Position numbers and translations under genes: made by a program | In this document: in pieces, positions 13,020 through 29,787 of the stretch | Position numbering within the stretch: the first letter of the stretch is position 1 | Layout: every line of letters starts with the position of its first letter | The notes under the pieces: model-generated | What the model was told of the DNA's origin: nothing | What the model saw: only the letters and a program-made list of their open reading frames with translations | The model's database searches: none | NCBI GenBank assembly: GCA_950097015.1 | Contig: CATNEN010000011.1 | Span: 2,728,001-2,792,000, forward strand | Length of the DNA stretch: 64,000 nt | Reading direction: 5' to 3' | Source: Macrostomum hystrix | Lineage: Eukaryota > Animalia > Platyhelminthes

Positions 13020-15090
13020 ATATCTCACTCGCATCGATCTCTTATCTGTCACTGCTTATCTCACTCGCATCCATCTCTTATCTGTCACTGTTTATCTCAC
13101 TCGCATCCATCTCTTATTTGTCACTGCTTATCTCACTCGCATCCATCTCTTATCTGTCACTGCTTTTCTCACTCGCATCCATCTCTTATCTGTCACTGCT
13201 TATCTCACTCGAATCCATCTCTTATCTGTCACTGCTTATCTCACTCGCATCCATCTCTTATCTGTCACTGCTTATCTCACTCGCATCCATCTCTTATCTG
13301 TCACTGCTTATCTCACTCGCATCCATCTCTTATCTGTCACTGCTTATCACACTCGAATCCATCTCTTATCTGTCACTGCTTATCTCACTCGCATCCATCT
13401 CTTATCTGTCACTGCTTATCTCACTCGCATCCATCTCTTATCTGTCACTGCTTATCTCACTCGCATCCATCTCTTATCTGTCACTGCTTATAACACTCGA
13501 ATCCATCTCTTATCTGTCACTGCTTATCTCACTCGCATCCATCTCTTATCTGTCACTGCTTATCTCACTCGCATCCATCTCTTATCTGTCACTGCTTATC
13601 TCACTCGCATCCATCTCTTATCTGTCACTGCTTATCTCACTCGCATCCATCTCTTATCTGTCACTGCTTATCTCACTCGCATCCATCTCTTATCTGTCAC
13701 TGCTTATCTCACTCGCATCCATCTCTTATCTGTCACTGCTTATCTCACTCGAATCCATCTCTTATCTGTCACTGTTTATCTCACTCGCATCCATCTCTTA
13801 TCTGTCACTGCTTATCTCACTCGAATCCATCTCTTATCTGTCACTGCTTATCTCACTCGCATCCATCTCTTATCTGTCACTGCTTATCACACTCGAATCC
13901 ATCTCTTATCTGTCACTGCTTATCTCACTCGCATCCATCTCTTATTTGTCACTGTTTATCTCACTCGCATCCATCTCTTATCTGTCACTGCTTATCTCAC
14001 TCGCATCCATCTCTTATCTGTCACTGCTTATCTCACTCGCATCCATCTCTTATCTGTCACTGCTTATCTCACTCGCATCCATCTCTTATCTGTCACTGCT
14101 TATCTCACTCGAATCCATCTCTTATCTGTCACTGCTTATCTCACTCGCATCCATCTCTTATCTGTCACTGCTTATCACACTCGAATCCATCTCTTATCTG
14201 TCACTGCTTATCTCACTCGCATCCATCTCTCATTTGTCACTGCTTATCTCACTCGCATCCATCTCTTATCTGTCACTGCTTATCTCACTCGCATCCATCT
14301 CTTATCTGTCACTGCTTATCTCACTCGCATCCATCTCTTATCTGTCACTGCTTATCTCACTCGCATCCATCTCTTATCTGTCACTGCTTATCTCACTCGC
14401 ATCCATCTCTTATCTGTCACTGCTTATCTCACTCGCATCCATATCTTATCTGTCACTGCTTATCTCACTCGCATCCATCTCTTATCTGTCACTGCTTATC
14501 TCACTCGAATCCATCTCTTATCTGTCACTGCTTATCTCACTCGCATCCATCTCTTATCTGTCACTGCTTATCTCACTCGCATCCATCTCTTATCTGTCAC
14601 TGCTTATCTCACTCGCATCCATCTCTTATCTGTCACTGCTTATCACACTCGAATCCATCTCTTATCTGTCACTGCTTATCTCACTCGCATCCATCTCTTA
14701 TCTGTCACTGCTTATCTCACTCGCATCCATCTCTTATCTGTCACTGCTTATCTCACTCGCATCCATATCTTATCTGTCACTGTTTATCTCACTCGCATCC
14801 ATATCTTATCTGTCACTGTTTATCTCACTCGCATCCATCTCTTATTTGTCACTGCTTATCTCACTCGAATCCATCTCTTATCTGTCACTGCTTATCTCAC
14901 TCGCATCCATCTCTTATCTGTCACTGCTTATCTCACTCGCATCCATCTCTTATCTGTCACTGCTTATCTCACTCGCATCCATCTCTTATCTGTCACTGCT
15001 TATCTCACTCGCATCCATCTCTTATCTGTCACTGCTTATCTCACTCGCATCCATCTCTTATTTGTCACTGCTTATCTCACTCTTATCTCT
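13020..15090. repeat. Minisatellite, 36-bp unit TATCTCACTCGCATCCATCTCTTATCTGTCACTGCT
   Basis: About 57 highly homogeneous copies; the 695-aa SLLISLASISYL ORF is its translation. Confidence 0.99.
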
Positions 15091-15766
15091 CTCTACTCTA
15101 CCATTTAAAGTATCTTCTTTTAACGAAGACAAAATTATCAAAAGTATACAGTTAAATCGAAATTTTTTAAAGAATAGCAAATTAGTTTATTTATTTTCTT
15201 TCTAAATCAATGTGTCTTGAACGAGTTTTCCTATAGCTAGGTAGGTAGTGCAGTCAAGGTGAAGAAGTGCCTATAGTCTGAGATTTTCAAGCCGGCCGTG
15301 GCCTTGGAGACGCGCAATCCTGTTTGCAAGCTGTTGAATTAAATTTGATGGACTGAGACAAATGACGCCCTCACTCTCTCTCTCTCTTTCTCACTCTCTA
15401 GACAGCGGAGGCGAGACAACTGAGAGACTGAAAAACTTATTTCGAACACGTCCTCTTCTGATTTTTCTTTGGCCTCTATAGCAACAACAGGCAAACCTAT
15501 GCGCGGCAAGGCATGAACGGTGCATGGCCTAATGGGGGAATTCTGCTTTAAACCCTTGCCGAAGAGGTACCATGCTGCTAGGACAGTTGAACATATCTAC
15601 ACAACAGCATGCTTGCATGGATGGTCATGGTCAGCCAGCAACAGTGCAGGACAAGCAGTGAACCTGTCAGTCAAAAAAGCAACTGCACACCTGATGTGCA
15701 AGGCCTTTATATTAGTAGCTATTTGCTCATTATATTGTCAAATCAATTACTACTAGGGAGAGAAGC

Positions 15767-16212
15767 GACTTTTGAAGGGAAGACAAGAACGGAGAGAAGA
15801 GATGCAGGGAGAGAAAACATGGGGAGATGTAGGGAGAGAAGATATGCGGGGAGAGAAAAGATGCAGGGAGAGAAGAGATGTAGGGAGAGAAAACATAGGG
15901 AGATGTAGGGAGAGAAGAGTTGCAGGGAGAGAAGAGATGCAAGGAGAGAAAACATAGGGAGATGTAGGGAGAGAAGAGTTGCAGGGAGAGAAGAGTTGCA
16001 GGGAGAGAAGAGTTGCAGGGAGAGAAGAGATGCAGGGAGAGCAGAGATGCAGGGAGAGAAGAGATGCAGGGAGAGAAGAGATGCAGGGAGAGAAGAGATG
16101 CAGGGAGAGAATATATGCAGGGAGAGAAGAGATGCAGGGAGAGAAGAGATGCAGGGAGAGAAAAGATGCAGGGAGAGAAGAGATGCAGGGAGAGAAGAGA
16201 TGCAGGGAGACG
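15767..16212. repeat. Purine-rich minisatellite, 17-bp unit GCAGGGAGAGAAGAGAT
   Basis: About 25 copies. Confidence 0.93.
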
Positions 16213-16804
16213 AAAGAGAAAAACGTTTAAGACAGGAGTTAATAAAAAAGAAAATACAACTAGAAGGGAGTGACTCCAATGCAAAGCTGACACTGAGGTT
16301 CGGCATTGCATCTAGAAAAAGTGGAAACGCAGCAATCTCCACGTTCTATTCAAGAGTTGAACGCACTGACTATTGCTAATGCAGGATTACAAAAATGCAA
16401 TTGATACAAACAGCATGCAATGAGCAGAAAAAAAATGAGCTTTTCAACAAAAAGCTGACTAGAAGCAGAAGCATTTCCAAATTTAGCACCTAACAAGCTG
16501 CTTCAGGGAGAAAAGAGATCATAGTATTTTGAAAACTGATGTGAATAAAATGGGACTAAAGATTTTTTCACACTAATCCATGCACTGTCGCTGATTTTTT
16601 TTTTAGTAAAAACGGCTAATTCCTATTTTCTATCATTGTCCGACTGTCTGTCAGTGTCAAGGAAACAGATGGATGGTTTTAAAAAAATGAGGCTAAATTT
16701 TTTTGTAAACACACCTTCTAACCAATCCGTTAAAAAAGTTGTACATTCTGATCTGCATCGGGGAGCTGCAGAATTTTTGCTGCGAGTTTCAACAAGTTGG
16801 CTCA

Positions 16805-17675
16805 GTCTCTCACCTCTGCCCACCTGCCCTGTCATCTACTATCTACTCTACCTCTCACCTCTGCCCACCTGCACTGTCATCTACTATCTACTCTACCTCT
16901 CACCTCTGCCCACCTGCCCTGTCATCTACTATCTACTCTACCTCTCACCTCTGCCCACCTGCCCTGTCATCTACTATCTACTCTACCTCTCACCTCTGCC
17001 CACCTGCCCTGTCATCTACTATCTACTCTACCTCTCACCTCTGCCCACCTGCCCTGTCATCTACTATCTACTCTACCTCTCACCTCTGCCCACCTGCCCT
17101 GTCATCTACTATCTACTCTACCTCTCACCTCTGCCCACCTGCCCTGTCATCTACTATCTACTCTACCTCTCACCTCTGCCCACCTGCCCTGTCATCTACT
17201 ATCTACTCTACCTCTCACCTCTGCCCACCTGCCCTGTCATCTACTATCTAATCTACCTCTCACCTCTGCCCACCTGCCCTGTCATCTACTATCTACTCTA
17301 CATCTCATCTACTGTCTACTCTACCTTTCATCTACTGTCTACTCTACCTCTCATCTACTGTCTACTCTACCTCTTATCTACTGTCTACTCTACATCAAAT
17401 CTACTGTCTACTCTACATCTCATCTACTGTCTACTCTACATCAAATCTACTGTCTACTCTACCTCTTATCTACTGTCTACTCTACCTCTCAACAAGATAC
17501 TTTCTACTCTACCTCTCATCTACTGTCTACTCTACCTCTCATCTACTGTCTACTCTACCTCTCATCTGCTGTCTACTCAACCTCAAATCTACTGTCTACT
17601 CTACCTCTTATCTACTGTCTACTCTACCTCTCAACAAGATACTGTCTACTCTACCTCTCATCTACTGTCTACCTC
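16805..17675. repeat. Compound array: 45-bp unit (to ~17290) grading into a 23-bp unit CTCTCATCTACTGTCTACTCTAC
   Basis: The 45-mer is CTCACCTCTGCCCACCTGCCCT plus GTCATCTACTATCTACTCTACCT; its second half resembles the adjacent 23-mer. Confidence 0.95.
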
Positions 17676-18864
17676 TTAACTAATAGAATTGTTTATATAA
17701 GAAATCCTATTTTAATAAGACCAAAACTTAACTTCGGTTTCGTAAAACCTAGCCTAGACTGCCGAATACTAAAACTAACAATTTAAGACGCAATGGAGCT
17801 CGCCATCGGCGAGTCTCAACGTCGTGCGAAAATCTAGCTTGTTGGCTTTGTTTAAAAACAAATTTTTGCACTCAAACGTCGTTAAAAGAATTAAATTTAG
17901 TCGCTAACTTCAACTGTAACATAGCTGGGACTTTATAACCCGTGTGTGCCCGGTCTAGCACAGATTTAGTTAACGGGAATTTTATTAAGTAACTGAATTA
18001 ATATCAAATTACAACTCACCGAGAATTGTACAGCCGTTCGCAGAGAATTAGCGAACCGATTTAACTATTGTAACAAAGATTTAGCTGGTTAGATTTTAAC
18101 TAACTAGAACGTAAACTGCAACTTTTTATCTAAACTAATCTAAAAGATACTCAAAGAAAAGACCACACTACAAAGCACACTGTTCTCTATCCTATCTTAC
18201 AAGCAGATTTAGTAAAACTTGAAGGAGGAACAAGGCCTACTGTATAATATAGCATGAGCTGTATAACACACTCACAAGACACATCCAATCGGTGGGGGTT
18301 GTCAGCGTACATTCAACTCGCGGCACACCAACCCCACCAAGTCGTCGAGTTTTATTAGTGTGTTTAAGTTTAACAAAAAATAATACGTGGGCCTTTTCTA
18401 ACCCTGCGCGCCCGCGTTTGTGTGTTTGTGCGTGGCATGGAGGAGGAGTTTTTGGGGTGGGGCACCAGCGCCAGCCAATGACAGGCCTCGCCTCGCATCC
18501 AGATCTTATTGGTCTTTAAAAAATAAAACAATAAAACCCGCATTATTAATAAATATTGCGGGTTTGAAGAGTCAGGGAGAGGCAGAGAATTAACTCCCAC
18601 GGTCTTGTGAGATTTGTTAATTTGATAGTCTGTTTTTTATATATCCAGTCAAACTACAGCGTTTGCGAAAGCCTTGAGGATTTTGTTTACGTATTCGTAA
18701 AAGATGGGTGAGTGGTACTCGTATCGTGTGATGTCCAATGAAAAAGGCATGTCCTTGACTTGACCTTGGGGCGGTTTCAATACATTTTAGCTTTATTTAG
18801 CTTAGTTAGAGTAACTAAAAGAACATAGAGGAGATTACAGCCACAGGAAACATTATACAGTCTA

Positions 18865-19750
18865 AGACGGGATGGGAGAGATGAGATACGGTAGAGATAC
18901 GATATTAAGAAATGAGACAGTTGGAGATAAGACTGAGACGGGAGAGATAAGGGACAGGAAAGATAAGATACTGGAGAGATGAGACAGGGGAGAGATGAGA
19001 CACGGGAGAGATGAGACACGGGAGAGATGAGACACGGGAGAGATGAGACACGGGAGAGATGAGACATGGGAGAGATAAGACATGGGAGAGATGAGACATG
19101 GGAGAGATGAGACATGGGAGAGATGAGACGGGAGAGATGAGACACGGGAGAGATGAGACACGGAAGAGATGAGACATGGGAGAGATGAGACAAGGGAGAG
19201 ATGAGACAGGCGAGAGATGAGAAATGCAAGAGATGAGACATAGAAGAGATGAGACATGGGAGAGATGAGACAGGCGAGAGATGAGACACGGGAGGGATGA
19301 GACACGGGAGAGATGAGACACGGGAAAGATGAGACACGGGAAAGATGAGACACGGGAGAGATGAGATACGGGAGGGATGAGACCCGGGAGAGATGAGACA
19401 ATGAAGATGTGAAGACAGGATGAGATGAGACGGGAGAGATGAGACAGGCGAGAGATGAGACACGGGAGAGATGAGACACGGGAAAGATGAGACACGGGAA
19501 AGATGAGACACGGGAGAGATGAGATACGGGAGGGATGAGACCCGGGAGAGATGAGACAATGAAGATGTGAAGACAGGATGAGATGAGACGGGAGAGATAA
19601 GACAGGGGAGAGATGAGACGATGAAGAGATTAAGACACGGTGAAATGAGTCAGGGTGAGATAGGAGAGATAAGACACTAGAGAGTTGAGAAAGGGGAGAG
19701 ATGAGACGTGAGAGATAAAAGAAACAAAAGAGATGAGATACGAGAGAGAG
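18865..19750. repeat. Purine-rich minisatellite, 16-bp unit GGGAGAGATGAGACAC, with a ~160-bp internal duplication
   Basis: About 50 copies; a variant block at ~19323 recurs at ~19482. Confidence 0.95.
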
Positions 19751-20260
19751 GTATATTCAGATTTACGTAAATACAAGTCGCACAAAAAATCAAGACCTCA
19801 TACAGAACTGAAGATATTGTCTAGCTCTACTTTAAGTAGCCAACATTGGAAGGACGCTTGTAAAGTTGTGTTTGCTAAAAATTATTAATTTCGACGATAA
19901 AAGCAAACATGAGCTTTTGTTCGACATTAAAATTGGAAACGCTTTTTTAATCTCGTACATAAAACACAGTAGGACACGTTTTTTACGGTTTACTAATTGC
20001 CCCACAATTCTACATAATAGATGAAATATAATAATAATAAAATAGTTCATAATTGACAGTTAGTTTATAAAGAAGCAATTAACGTCAAAAATATTTTCTT
20101 TTGAATGCCCAGGGCTAGAAATATTGCCGCATAATTCGGGTCATGGCCCATTATGTAGGTCAAATTAGAGCACGTTATCGACGATTTAAACAAAATCTTA
20201 ATTACTTCATCTGTATTGCCGTGCTTTTTAGTCCAAATTTACCAAATTTGATCAAACAAA

Positions 20261-23885
<3,625 letters not shown>

Positions 23886-24284
23886 GCCCGACGATGAAGA
23901 CAGCTGCTGAACTTGTCTTCTGAGAACCACGGGAGTCTCATTCTGCTGACAAGATTGAGCAATCGGACAATATCACTATAGTTTATGAGCACTTTATGAG
24001 CGAGCTAAAATAGTCTGACTTTTGGGTCAGTCAACCATAAAAATGCATGAATAAAATGAATAATGCATGGATCAGCATGCTCTGGTCTCTTCCAGTAGCT
24101 ACAGGTAATTATAGAAAACTGTCTAAAAAAAACTGAAATGGGACGGACTCAAAACTAGTTTTCGGACCGGTTCGCCAAAAGTTCGTTAAAACTCTGACAA
24201 ACAATGAAATGACTATATGCCGTCTAAATAAATGCAAATTTTTTTTATAGGAGATTATTAACGCTTTGAAGAAAATCTTGCTGC

Positions 24285-25095
24285 CTTTCGCAGCAAGGTC
24301 CCTGAGCCTGATTCCGCTGCGAGACCAAATTCCTCTTTCTCTTGCTCTTCCCCTTTCTCTGCCCCTTTCTCTTTCCCTGTCTCTTCCCCTTTCTCTACTC
24401 CTTTCTCTTCCCCTTTCTCTTTCCCTGTCTCTTCCCCTTTCTCTACTCCTTTCTCTTCCCCTTTCTCTTTCCCTGTCTCTTCCCCTTTCTCTACTCCTTT
24501 CTCTTCCCCTTTCTCTTTCCCTGTCTCTTCCCCTTTCTCTACTCCTTTCTCTTCCCCTTTCTCTTTCCCTGTCTCTTCCCCTTTCTCTACTCCTTTCTCT
24601 TCCTCTTTCTCTTTCCCTGTCTCTTCACCTTTCTCTACTCCTTTCTCTTCCCCTTTCTCTTCCCCTTTCTCTTCCCCTTTCTCTTTCCCTGTCTCTTCCC
24701 CTTTCTCTACTCCTTTCTCTTCCCCTTTATCTTCCCCTGTCTCTTCCCCTTTTCCTCTTTCTCTTTCCCTTTCCTCTTTCACTTGCTCTTCCTCTTTCTC
24801 TTCCCCTTTATCTTCCCCTTTCTCTTCTCCTTTCTCTTCCCTCTCTTTTCCCCCTGTCTTCCCCTTTCTCCTCCCATTTTCTTTCCCTTCTATTCCCTGT
24901 CTTTCTCTTTCTTTTCCTTTTTTTCTACTCCCCATTCTCTTTTCTCGTCGTGCAATTTACGCCATTGAGGGCCAACCCCCAAGGCACAGTGATAGTGTAC
25001 ACTGCCTGACGATGAGATAGATAGTCAGGGCTGATGTACTCACAGATACATACAGTCAGCGGAATGGGCAGAATTGCCTCCTTGCTGGCTGTGAG
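24285..25095 (+). mobile_element. SINE family 2 copy split by a ~600-bp pyrimidine array
   Basis: Head AAGGTCCCTGAGCCTGATTCCGCTGCGAGACC (~24295-24330) and body AGGCACAGTGATAGTGTACACTGCCTGACGATGAG (~24982-25016) match 21365-21472. Confidence 0.65.
24340..24945. repeat. Polypyrimidine array, 12-bp unit CTCTTCCCCTTT with 48-bp higher-order periodicity
   Basis: The GEEKGVEKGEETGKEK translation shows the 48-bp period. Confidence 0.96.
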
Positions 25096-25834
25096 CCTAT
25101 ACTGACACAAAATCATGTGCCACTGCCTGCAGCCCCTTCTTTTATAATTTTTTAATATAAGAAATTGGTGTCTTGGACTATAAGTACATTGGAGGACGGA
25201 AAATTCGTTTCTTAGAAAACGTCTGGAAGACAGATTTTTGCCACACAATACATCTTTGAATACAACTCAACTAACATGTTGCCCCCAAGGAATGATAAAT
25301 CCTTACTTCAAGCAGTCCTATTAAACGATTTTTAACAACTATCGAAGGTCACAAAAGTACGTATTCTAACTTACAGAGTCAGCCGCACTGGCACACGGGC
25401 AGAATTGATTTCTTAACTTTTGTTTAACTGACATCGCTGCAACCTTAGGTCGCTTGTGATCTTAGGTCTTCTGAAGCAAGACTCAATTTATATAGACTCG
25501 TTATTTTCATTCTTTTAACCTGAATGTACATTCGTCTGGCTCGCGCATACAGATCGAGAAGGCTGTTTTGGAATTAATTAATGACAACAGAGACTATATA
25601 TAAATAGTCATTCATTATGACTTCTTTATACTTAGGCTTGACTGCAAACCATTTAATGACAGGTGTCCTTAGCGATTAGAAGTCGAGTATTACGAGAAAC
25701 TCCAAGAAAGTTCAAGGTGCGAGAACACGAGTTTGAGAAAGAACAGCAGTAAGAATATTGCAGTCGAATTGGAAGCATTGCGAGCTGCTTTGAAAATATT
25801 TAAGCAGTAATGGGGGAAAGGGGCTTGTGAAATT

Positions 25835-27200
25835 GGAAGACAAGAGAAGAGAATGGGGAGGAGAGAAAAGGAAAAGAAAGGGAAAGACAAGGTAATAGAA
25901 GACAAAGAACAAGGGAAGAGAATTGGGAAGAACGTGGAAGAGAAAGGGGAAGAGAAAGGGGAAGAGAAAGGGGAAGAGAAAGGGGAAGAGAAAGGGGAAG
26001 AGAAAGGAGTAGAGAAAGGAGTAGAGAAAGGGAAAGAGAAAGGGGAAGAGAAAGGAGTAGAGAAAGGGGAATAGAAAGGGGAAAAGGAAGGACAGAGAAA
26101 GGGGAAGAGAAAGGGGAAGAGAAAGGGGAATAGAAAGGGAAAAGGAAGGACAGAGAAAGGGGAAGAGAAAGAGGAAGAGAAAGGGGAAGAGAAAGGGGAA
26201 GAGAAAGGGGAAGAGAAAGGAGAAGAGAAAGGGGAAGAGAAAGGGGAAGAGAAAGGAGAAGAGAAAGGGGAAGAGAAAGGGGAAGAGAAAGGAGAAGAGA
26301 AAGGGGAAGAGAAAGGGGAAGAGAAAGGAGAAGAGAAAGGGGAAGAGAAAGGGGAAGAGAAAGGAGTAGAGAAAGGAGTAGAGAAAGGGAAAGAGAAAGG
26401 GGAAGAGAAAGGAGTAGAGAAAGGGGAATAGAAAGGGAAAAGGAAGGACAGAGAAAGGGGAAGAGAAAGGGGAAGAGAAAGAGGAAGAGAAAGGGGAAGA
26501 GAAAGGAGTAGAGAAAGGGGAATAGAAAGGGGAAAAGGAAGGACAGAGAAAGGGGAAGAGAAAGGGGAAGAGAAAGAGGAAGAGAAAGGGGAAGAGAAAG
26601 GGGAAGAGAAAGGAGTAGAGAAAGGGGAAGAGAAAGGGGAAGAGAAAGGAGAAAATGAAGGACAGAGAAAGGGGAAGAGAAAGGGGAAGAGAAAGGAGTA
26701 GAGAAAGGGAAAGAGAAAGGGGAAGAGAAAGGAGTAGAGAAAGGGGAATAGAAAGGGGAAAAGGAAGGACAGAGAAAGGGGAAGAGAAAGGGGAAGAGAA
26801 AGGAGTAGAGAAAGGGGAAGAGAAAAGGGAAGAGAAAGGAGTAGAGAAAGGGGAAGAGAAAGGGGAAGAGAAAGAGGAAGAGAAAGGGGAAGAGAAAGGA
26901 GTAGAGAAAGGGAAAGAGAAAGGAGTAGAGAAAGGGGAATAGAAAGGAGTAGAGAAAGGGGAAGAGAAAGGGGAAGAGAAAGGGGAAGAGAAAGGAGTAG
27001 AGAAAGGGGAAGAGAAAGGAGTAGAGAAAGGGGAAGAGAAAGGAGTAGAGAAAGGGGAAGAGAAAGGGGAAGAGAAAGGGGAAGAGAAAGGAGTAGAGAA
27101 AGGGAAAGAGAAAGGGGAAGAGAAAGGAGTAGAGAAAGGGGAAGAGAAAGGGGAATAGAAAGGGGAAAAGGAAGGACAGAGAAAGGGGAAGAGAAAGGGA
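25835..27200. repeat. Polypurine array, 12-bp unit GAGAAAGGGGAA, the inverse of the 24340-24945 array
   Basis: About 105 copies, including the same GAGAAAGGAGTA variant. Confidence 0.97.
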
Positions 27201-28034
27201 AGGACGGGTTTTGGGAAAGATCTTACACGGAGAGAACTACACAAGCAGGAAGATTATTTCAAGATACTTAATACTTTGCACAACAGCTTGTAAATGTACA
27301 GGCTTATGCTACAGATTGTGTCAACCAGAGCAGCAAAACAAATTGCATAGATTTAACCGCTTCAGTAAATATATTTAGCTCTTGACAGCCTGGGTAGTGA
27401 AAACAGTTATGGCAGACCTTTTTACTCCTACTTAAAATAGTTTGAATTTACGAAAACAGCATGCTTATATATATAGTAAAGCATTATACATAGAGTGATA
27501 TCACACACACACCGCTAGATAAACATTCAAGACACAAAAAGAGATTTAAAAGACTTAAAAACCAAAAAAATGTTTTCTTAAACGGGTACTGCTTTATATG
27601 TACTGTACAATCAATACGATTATTATTATGAGAATAAAAAAAATGCTAATAAAAGCAACAGTTTGTCAACGAATGTGTTACTGGAATTCAGTCTCAATAA
27701 GTCTCATCATCAACCTATTTTGTAATGAGATGCTAAGTTTAGAAATCTACATTTATAAAGGTTAGTTAATAACAAAAAACTAAATAAATATAATCAGCTT
27801 GAAGCTTAAGCGCATGTCTTGATTAAACTGTTCTGAAATGTGTACCTGCAATGATTGTAAGAGCGAATCAATTTACAGTAGAACTGATCAAAATAATAGT
27901 GTACAGTGTCTTTTGAATCTTTTTAAAGTTCTGAAACATACAATTTAGAGATGCAAATAGTTTTTTATTGTAACGACAAACTAGTATATCAACAGTCTGT
28001 CTGTTCTTACACAGGTATACTAATTGAATTGATT

Positions 28035-28322
28035 ACACCTGCCCCTATAGGGCCAGATGTGCAGCCGACAGCACAGCCGCAGCTATTGCGCGGCGCATCT
28101 GAAGACTGCGTACAGCTGTTCAGTCCATGGACTGGGGGGACGCCACACCCACCTTCAATTATCCCAGCTGATGCTGATACCCATTTAACAGCTGGGTGAA
28201 CTGAAGCAATGCAGAGTTAAGTGTCTTGCTAAAGGACACAAATTGTTTCAGTGGAGTCGGGAATCGAACTCCCGACCTTCAAGTCGTAAGTCCGACGCCC
28301 TAACCACTAGGCTACAACCCCA
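28035..28322 (-). mobile_element. tRNA-derived CORE-type SINE, best-preserved copy
   Basis: Minus strand: TAGCCTAGTGGTTAGG (A box), GAGTTCGATTCCC (B box), CORE-like GTGTCCTTTAGCAAGACACTTAACTCTGCATTGCTTCAGTTCACCCAGCTGTTAAATGGG, then a 3' segment ending CCCTATAGGGGCAGGTGTAA. Confidence 0.85.
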
Positions 28323-28492
28323 GTTTACTAATAATAGTAACAGGTATACTAATAATAGCCGATAGAAATTTAACAGACTTCAAGCAATGAGTCTGGGTAA
28401 AAGTGTTAATTAATCACGATACATCACGACTATTTTCGTTCCATAGGTGAAAATCAATAAACTTAAACCTAATCATTAGAAATAAGAAATAT

Positions 28493-29377
28493 CCTTAGTC
28501 CCAAAAACTGTGAAGCCAAGATCCCGAATCCCAAAAACTGTGAAGCCAAGATCCCGAATCCCAAAAACTGTGAACCCAAGATCCCAAATTCCAAACACTG
28601 TGAAGCCAAAATCCCAAATCCCAAAAACTGTGAAGCCAAGATCCCGAATCCCAAAAACTGTGAAGCCAAGATCCCGAATCCCAAAAACTGTTTTGTTATC
28701 CAAGCCAAGATCCCGAATCCGAAAAACTGTGAAGCCAATATCCCGAATCCCAAAAACTGTGAAGCCAAGATCCCACATCCCAAAAACTGTGAAGCCAAGA
28801 TCCCACATCCCAAAAACTGTGAAGCCAAGATCCCACATCCCAAAAACTGTGAAGCCAAGATCCCAAATTACAAAAACTGTGAAGCCAAGATCTCGAATCC
28901 CAAAAACTGTGAAGCCAAGATCCCGACTCCCAAAAACTGTGAAGCCAAGATCCCAAATTCCAAAAACTGTGAAGCCAAGATCCCAAATCCCAAAAACTGT
29001 GAAGCCAAGATCCCGAATCCCAAAAACTGTGAAGCCAAGATCCCGAATCCCAAAAACTGTGAAGCCAAGATCCCGAATCCCAAAAACTGTGAAGCCAAGA
29101 TCCCGAATCCCAAAAACTGTGAAGCCAAGATCCCAAATTCCAAAAACTGTGAAGCCAAGATCCCGAATCCCAAAAACTGTGAAGCCAAGATCCCGAATCC
29201 CAAAAACTGTGAAGCCAAGATCCCACATCCCAAAAACTGTGAAGCCAAGATCCCAAATCCCAAAAACGGTGAAGCCAAGATCCCGAATCCCAAAAACTGT
29301 GAAGCCAAGATCCCGAATCCCAAAAACTGTGAAGCCAAGATCCCGAATCCCAAAAACGGTGAAGCCAAGATCCCAAG
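28493..29377. repeat. Minisatellite, 30-bp unit CCAAAAACTGTGAAGCCAAGATCCCGAATC
   Basis: About 29 copies, starting ~410 bp beyond the BNIP3 stop codon. Confidence 0.98.
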
Positions 29378-29787
29378 TCATAAGTAAAAATTTTCTAAAT
29401 ATCCTAAATTCCTACATTTTCGATGTACTCAAATCATGTCAGTTAGTAACTATTTTATTGCTACTCATATTCAGTGAAAAATCACGAAAGTTATACAAAA
29501 ATATTATTTCTTATTGATCGCGCAAATATAAACAAAAATCGATAGTACATTGAGATGAGAGTATTAAACAGAAAAAACGATAATTGTCAATTAAAAAAGC
29601 GCAAGCTTTGATAAAGAAGGCGAAAAAATAAAAATAAATAAATTGTTCGATAAATCAAGCACAACAAACTGCTACTTATCAATAAAGATTAACAAAAGTT
29701 ATCGTCTTTAAAACAGACAAAAAAGTGAAAAAAAACCTTTAGGTCTCTATAAAATCGGGTCATTGCCCCAACGGAATTGCGAACAAG

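Noticed and set aside
7074-15090. CRISPR-like appearance of 29-36-bp repeats
   Set aside because: Units are head-to-tail with no unique spacers, there are no cas genes, and the context is eukaryotic.
7014-17786. Long ORFs of 200-695 aa over the arrays (also 18777-19559, 22682-23554, 24258-27244, 28469-29517, 35807-36692, 39110-40294)
   Set aside because: Stop-free translations of tandem units, often open in several frames and on both strands; many lie inside introns of real genes.
17785-17960. Hairpin plus CTAG motifs suggesting Helitron 3' ends
   Set aside because: Hairpin-to-CTAG spacing and the following base do not fit, and no 5' TC end or second copy was found.
25441-25495. Similarity to the Macrostomum spliced leader as I recall it (AAGACTCAATTTAT)
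   Set aside because: Only ~14 nt match from memory; no terminal ATG, no GT donor and no clear Sm site. A BLASTn with the published SL RNA would settle it.
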